A DNA stretch of 64,000 nt from Sphyrna mokarran (taxonomy: Eukaryota), in contig JAGIQG010000009.1 in assembly GCA_024679065.1 (NCBI GenBank), positions 95,728,001 through 95,792,000 on the forward strand, in the 5' to 3' direction. Both the position numbers and the translations under genes were made by a program. Within the stretch, counting starts at the first letter, position 1. Each line of letters starts with the position of its first letter. The notes under the pieces are model-generated. The model made no database searches. It was not told the DNA's origin and was given only the letters and a program-made list of their open reading frames with translations. Positions 61,701 through 64,000 of this stretch are shown in pieces.

Positions 61701-64000
61701 CTTACTGAGAGGGACAGTATCAGTACAGGACACAGTTCACACACTGAGAGGGACAGTATCAGTACAGGGCACAGCTCACACACTGAAAGGGACAGTATCA
61801 GTAAAGGACACAGTTCACATACTGAGAGGGACAGTATCAGTACAGGACACAGCTCCACACTGAGGGGGACAGTATCACTACAGGACACAGCTCACACACT
61901 GAGGGGGACAGTATCAGTACAGGACACAGCTCACACAGTGAAAGGGACAGTATCAGTACAGGACACAGCTCACACACTGAGAGGGACAGTATCAGTAGAG
62001 AACACAGTTCACACACTGAGAGAGACAGTATCAGTACAGGACGCAGCTCACACACTGAGAGGGACAGTATCAGTACAGGACACAGCTCCACACTGAGGGG
62101 GACAGTATCAGTACAGGACACAGCTCACACACTGAGAGGGACAGTATCAGTACAGGACACAGCTCACACAGTGAAAGGGACAGTATCAGTACAGGACACA
62201 GTTCACACACTGAGAGAGACAGTATCAGTACAGGACACAGCTCACACACTGAGAGGGACAGTATCAGTACAGGACACAGTTCACACACTGAGAGAGACAG
62301 TATCAGTTCAGGACACAGCTCACACACTGAGAGGGACAGTATCAGTACAGGACACAGTTCACACACTGAGAGGGACAGTATCAGTACAGGACACAGCTCA
62401 GACACTGAGAGGGACAGTATCAGTACAGGACACAGTTCACACACTGATAGGGACAGTATCAGTAGAGGACACAGTTCACACACTGATAGGGACAGTATCA
62501 GTGTAGAACACAGTTCACATACTGAGAGGGACAGTATCAGCGTAGGAGACAGTTCACATACTGAGAGGGACAGTATCAGTACAGGACACAGTTCACACAC
62601 TGAGAGGGACAGTATCAGTACAGGACACAGTTCACACACTGAGAGGGACAGTATCAGTATAGGACACAGTTCACACACTGAGAGGGACAGTATCAGTACA
62701 GGACACAGTTCACACACTGAGAGGGACAGTATCAGTACAGGACACAGCTCACACACTGAGAGGGACAGTATCAGTACAGGACACAGTTCACACACTGAGA
62801 GGGACAGTATCAGTACAGGACACAGTTCACACACTGAGAGGGACAGTATCAGCGTAGGACACAGTTCACACACTGAGAGGGACAGTATCAGTACAGGACA
62901 CAGCTCACACACTGAGAGGGACAGTATCAGTACAGGACACAGCTCACACACTGAGAGGGACAGTATCAGTACAGGACACAGTTCACACACTGAGAGGGAC
63001 AGTATCAGTACAGGACACAGTTCACACACTGAGAGGGACAGTATCAGTACAGGACACAGTTCACACACTGAGAGGGACAGTATCAGTACAGGACACAGTT
63101 CACACACTGAGAGGGACAGTATCAGTACAGGACACAGTTCACACACTGAGAGAGACAGTATCAGTACAGGACACAGTTCACACACTGAGAGGGACAGTAT
63201 CAGTACAGGACACAGTTCACACACTGAGAGGGACAGTATCAGTACAGGACACAGTTCACACACTGAGAGGGACAGTATCAGTACAGGACACAGTTCACAC
63301 ACTGAGAGGGACAGTATCAGTACAGGACACAGTTCACATACTGAGAGAGACAGTATCAGTACAGGACACAGTTCACACACTGAGAGGACAGTATCAGCGT
63401 GGGACAAAGTTCACACACTGAGAGGGACAGTATCAGTACAGGACACAGTCACATGCTGAGACGGACAGTATCAGTACAGGACACAGTTCACACACTGAGA
63501 GAGACAGTATCAGTTCAGGACACAGCTCACACACTGAGAGGGACAGTATCAGTACAGGACACAGTTCACACACTGAGAGGGACAGTATCAGTACAGGACA
63601 CAGCTCACACACTGAGAGGGACAGTATCCGTTCATGACACAGTTCACACACTTACAGGGACAGTATCAGTAGAGGACACAGTTCACACACTGAAAGGGAC
63701 AGTATCAGTGTAGAACACAGTTCACTTACTGAGAGGGACAGTATCAGTACAGGACACAGTTCACACAGTGAGAGGGACAGTATCAGTACAGGGCACAGCT
63801 CACACACTGAAAGGGACAGTATCAGTAAAGGACACAGTTCACATACTGAGAGGGACAGTATCAGTACAGGACACAGCTCACACACTGAGGGGGACAGTAT
63901 CAGTACAGGACACAGCTCACACAGTGAAAGGGACAGTATCAGTACAGGACACAGCTCACACACTGAGAGGGACAGTATCAGTAGAGAACACAGTTCACAC
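52770..64000. repeat. 39-bp minisatellite array (>280 units, runs off the window)
   Basis: Unit CAGTATCAGTACAGGACACAG(T/C)TCACACACTGAGAGGGA; 13-aa periodic ORFs (ELCPVLILSLSVC, TGHSSHTERDSIS). Confidence 0.97.

Noticed and set aside
52735-63963. Long ORFs of up to 536 aa (ELCPVLILSLSVC, TGHSSHTERDSIS and VQDTVHTLRGTVS repeats)
   Set aside because: By-product of a 39-bp unit that lacks stops in several frames on both strands; frequent indels break the frames and there are no gene signals
52770-64000. CRISPR-like regular repeat
   Set aside because: Head-to-tail units with no unique spacers, no cas genes, vertebrate context

Overview
Eukaryotic (vertebrate) DNA, most likely from a shark or other elasmobranch, judged from HE1/V-SINE-type SINEs, CR1/HER1-type LINEs with (TTCTATG)n tails and the class I protein sequence. 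The window holds a + strand tandem cluster of three paralogous MHC class I heavy-chain genes. Copy A (11040-15780) has two 1-bp deletions. Copy B (30157-~33838) is a heavily decayed pseudogene. Copy C (39655-44246) is an intact 7-exon, 348-aa ORF whose peptide-anchoring residues are remodelled, so it looks non-classical. Copies A and C lie in ~13.5-14.5 kb duplication units (~10.8-25.5 kb and ~39.4-52.8 kb) that each end in the same unique block followed by a 39-bp minisatellite. The last array is expanded to more than 11 kb (52.8 kb to the window end) and has higher-order structure. The rest is CR1/LINE fragments, SINEs, a solo LTR with a 4-bp TSD, Penelope-like termini carrying minimal hammerhead-ribozyme motifs, and several VNTRs. 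Notable details: reciprocally degraded tandem X-Y promoter modules, a relocated start codon, a possible Ig-like secretory tailpiece with an intronic poly(A) signal, an intron-3 repeat that multiplies the splice donor, and a ~370-bp local inverted templated insertion. All alignments and counts were done by eye, and repeat boundaries are approximate.
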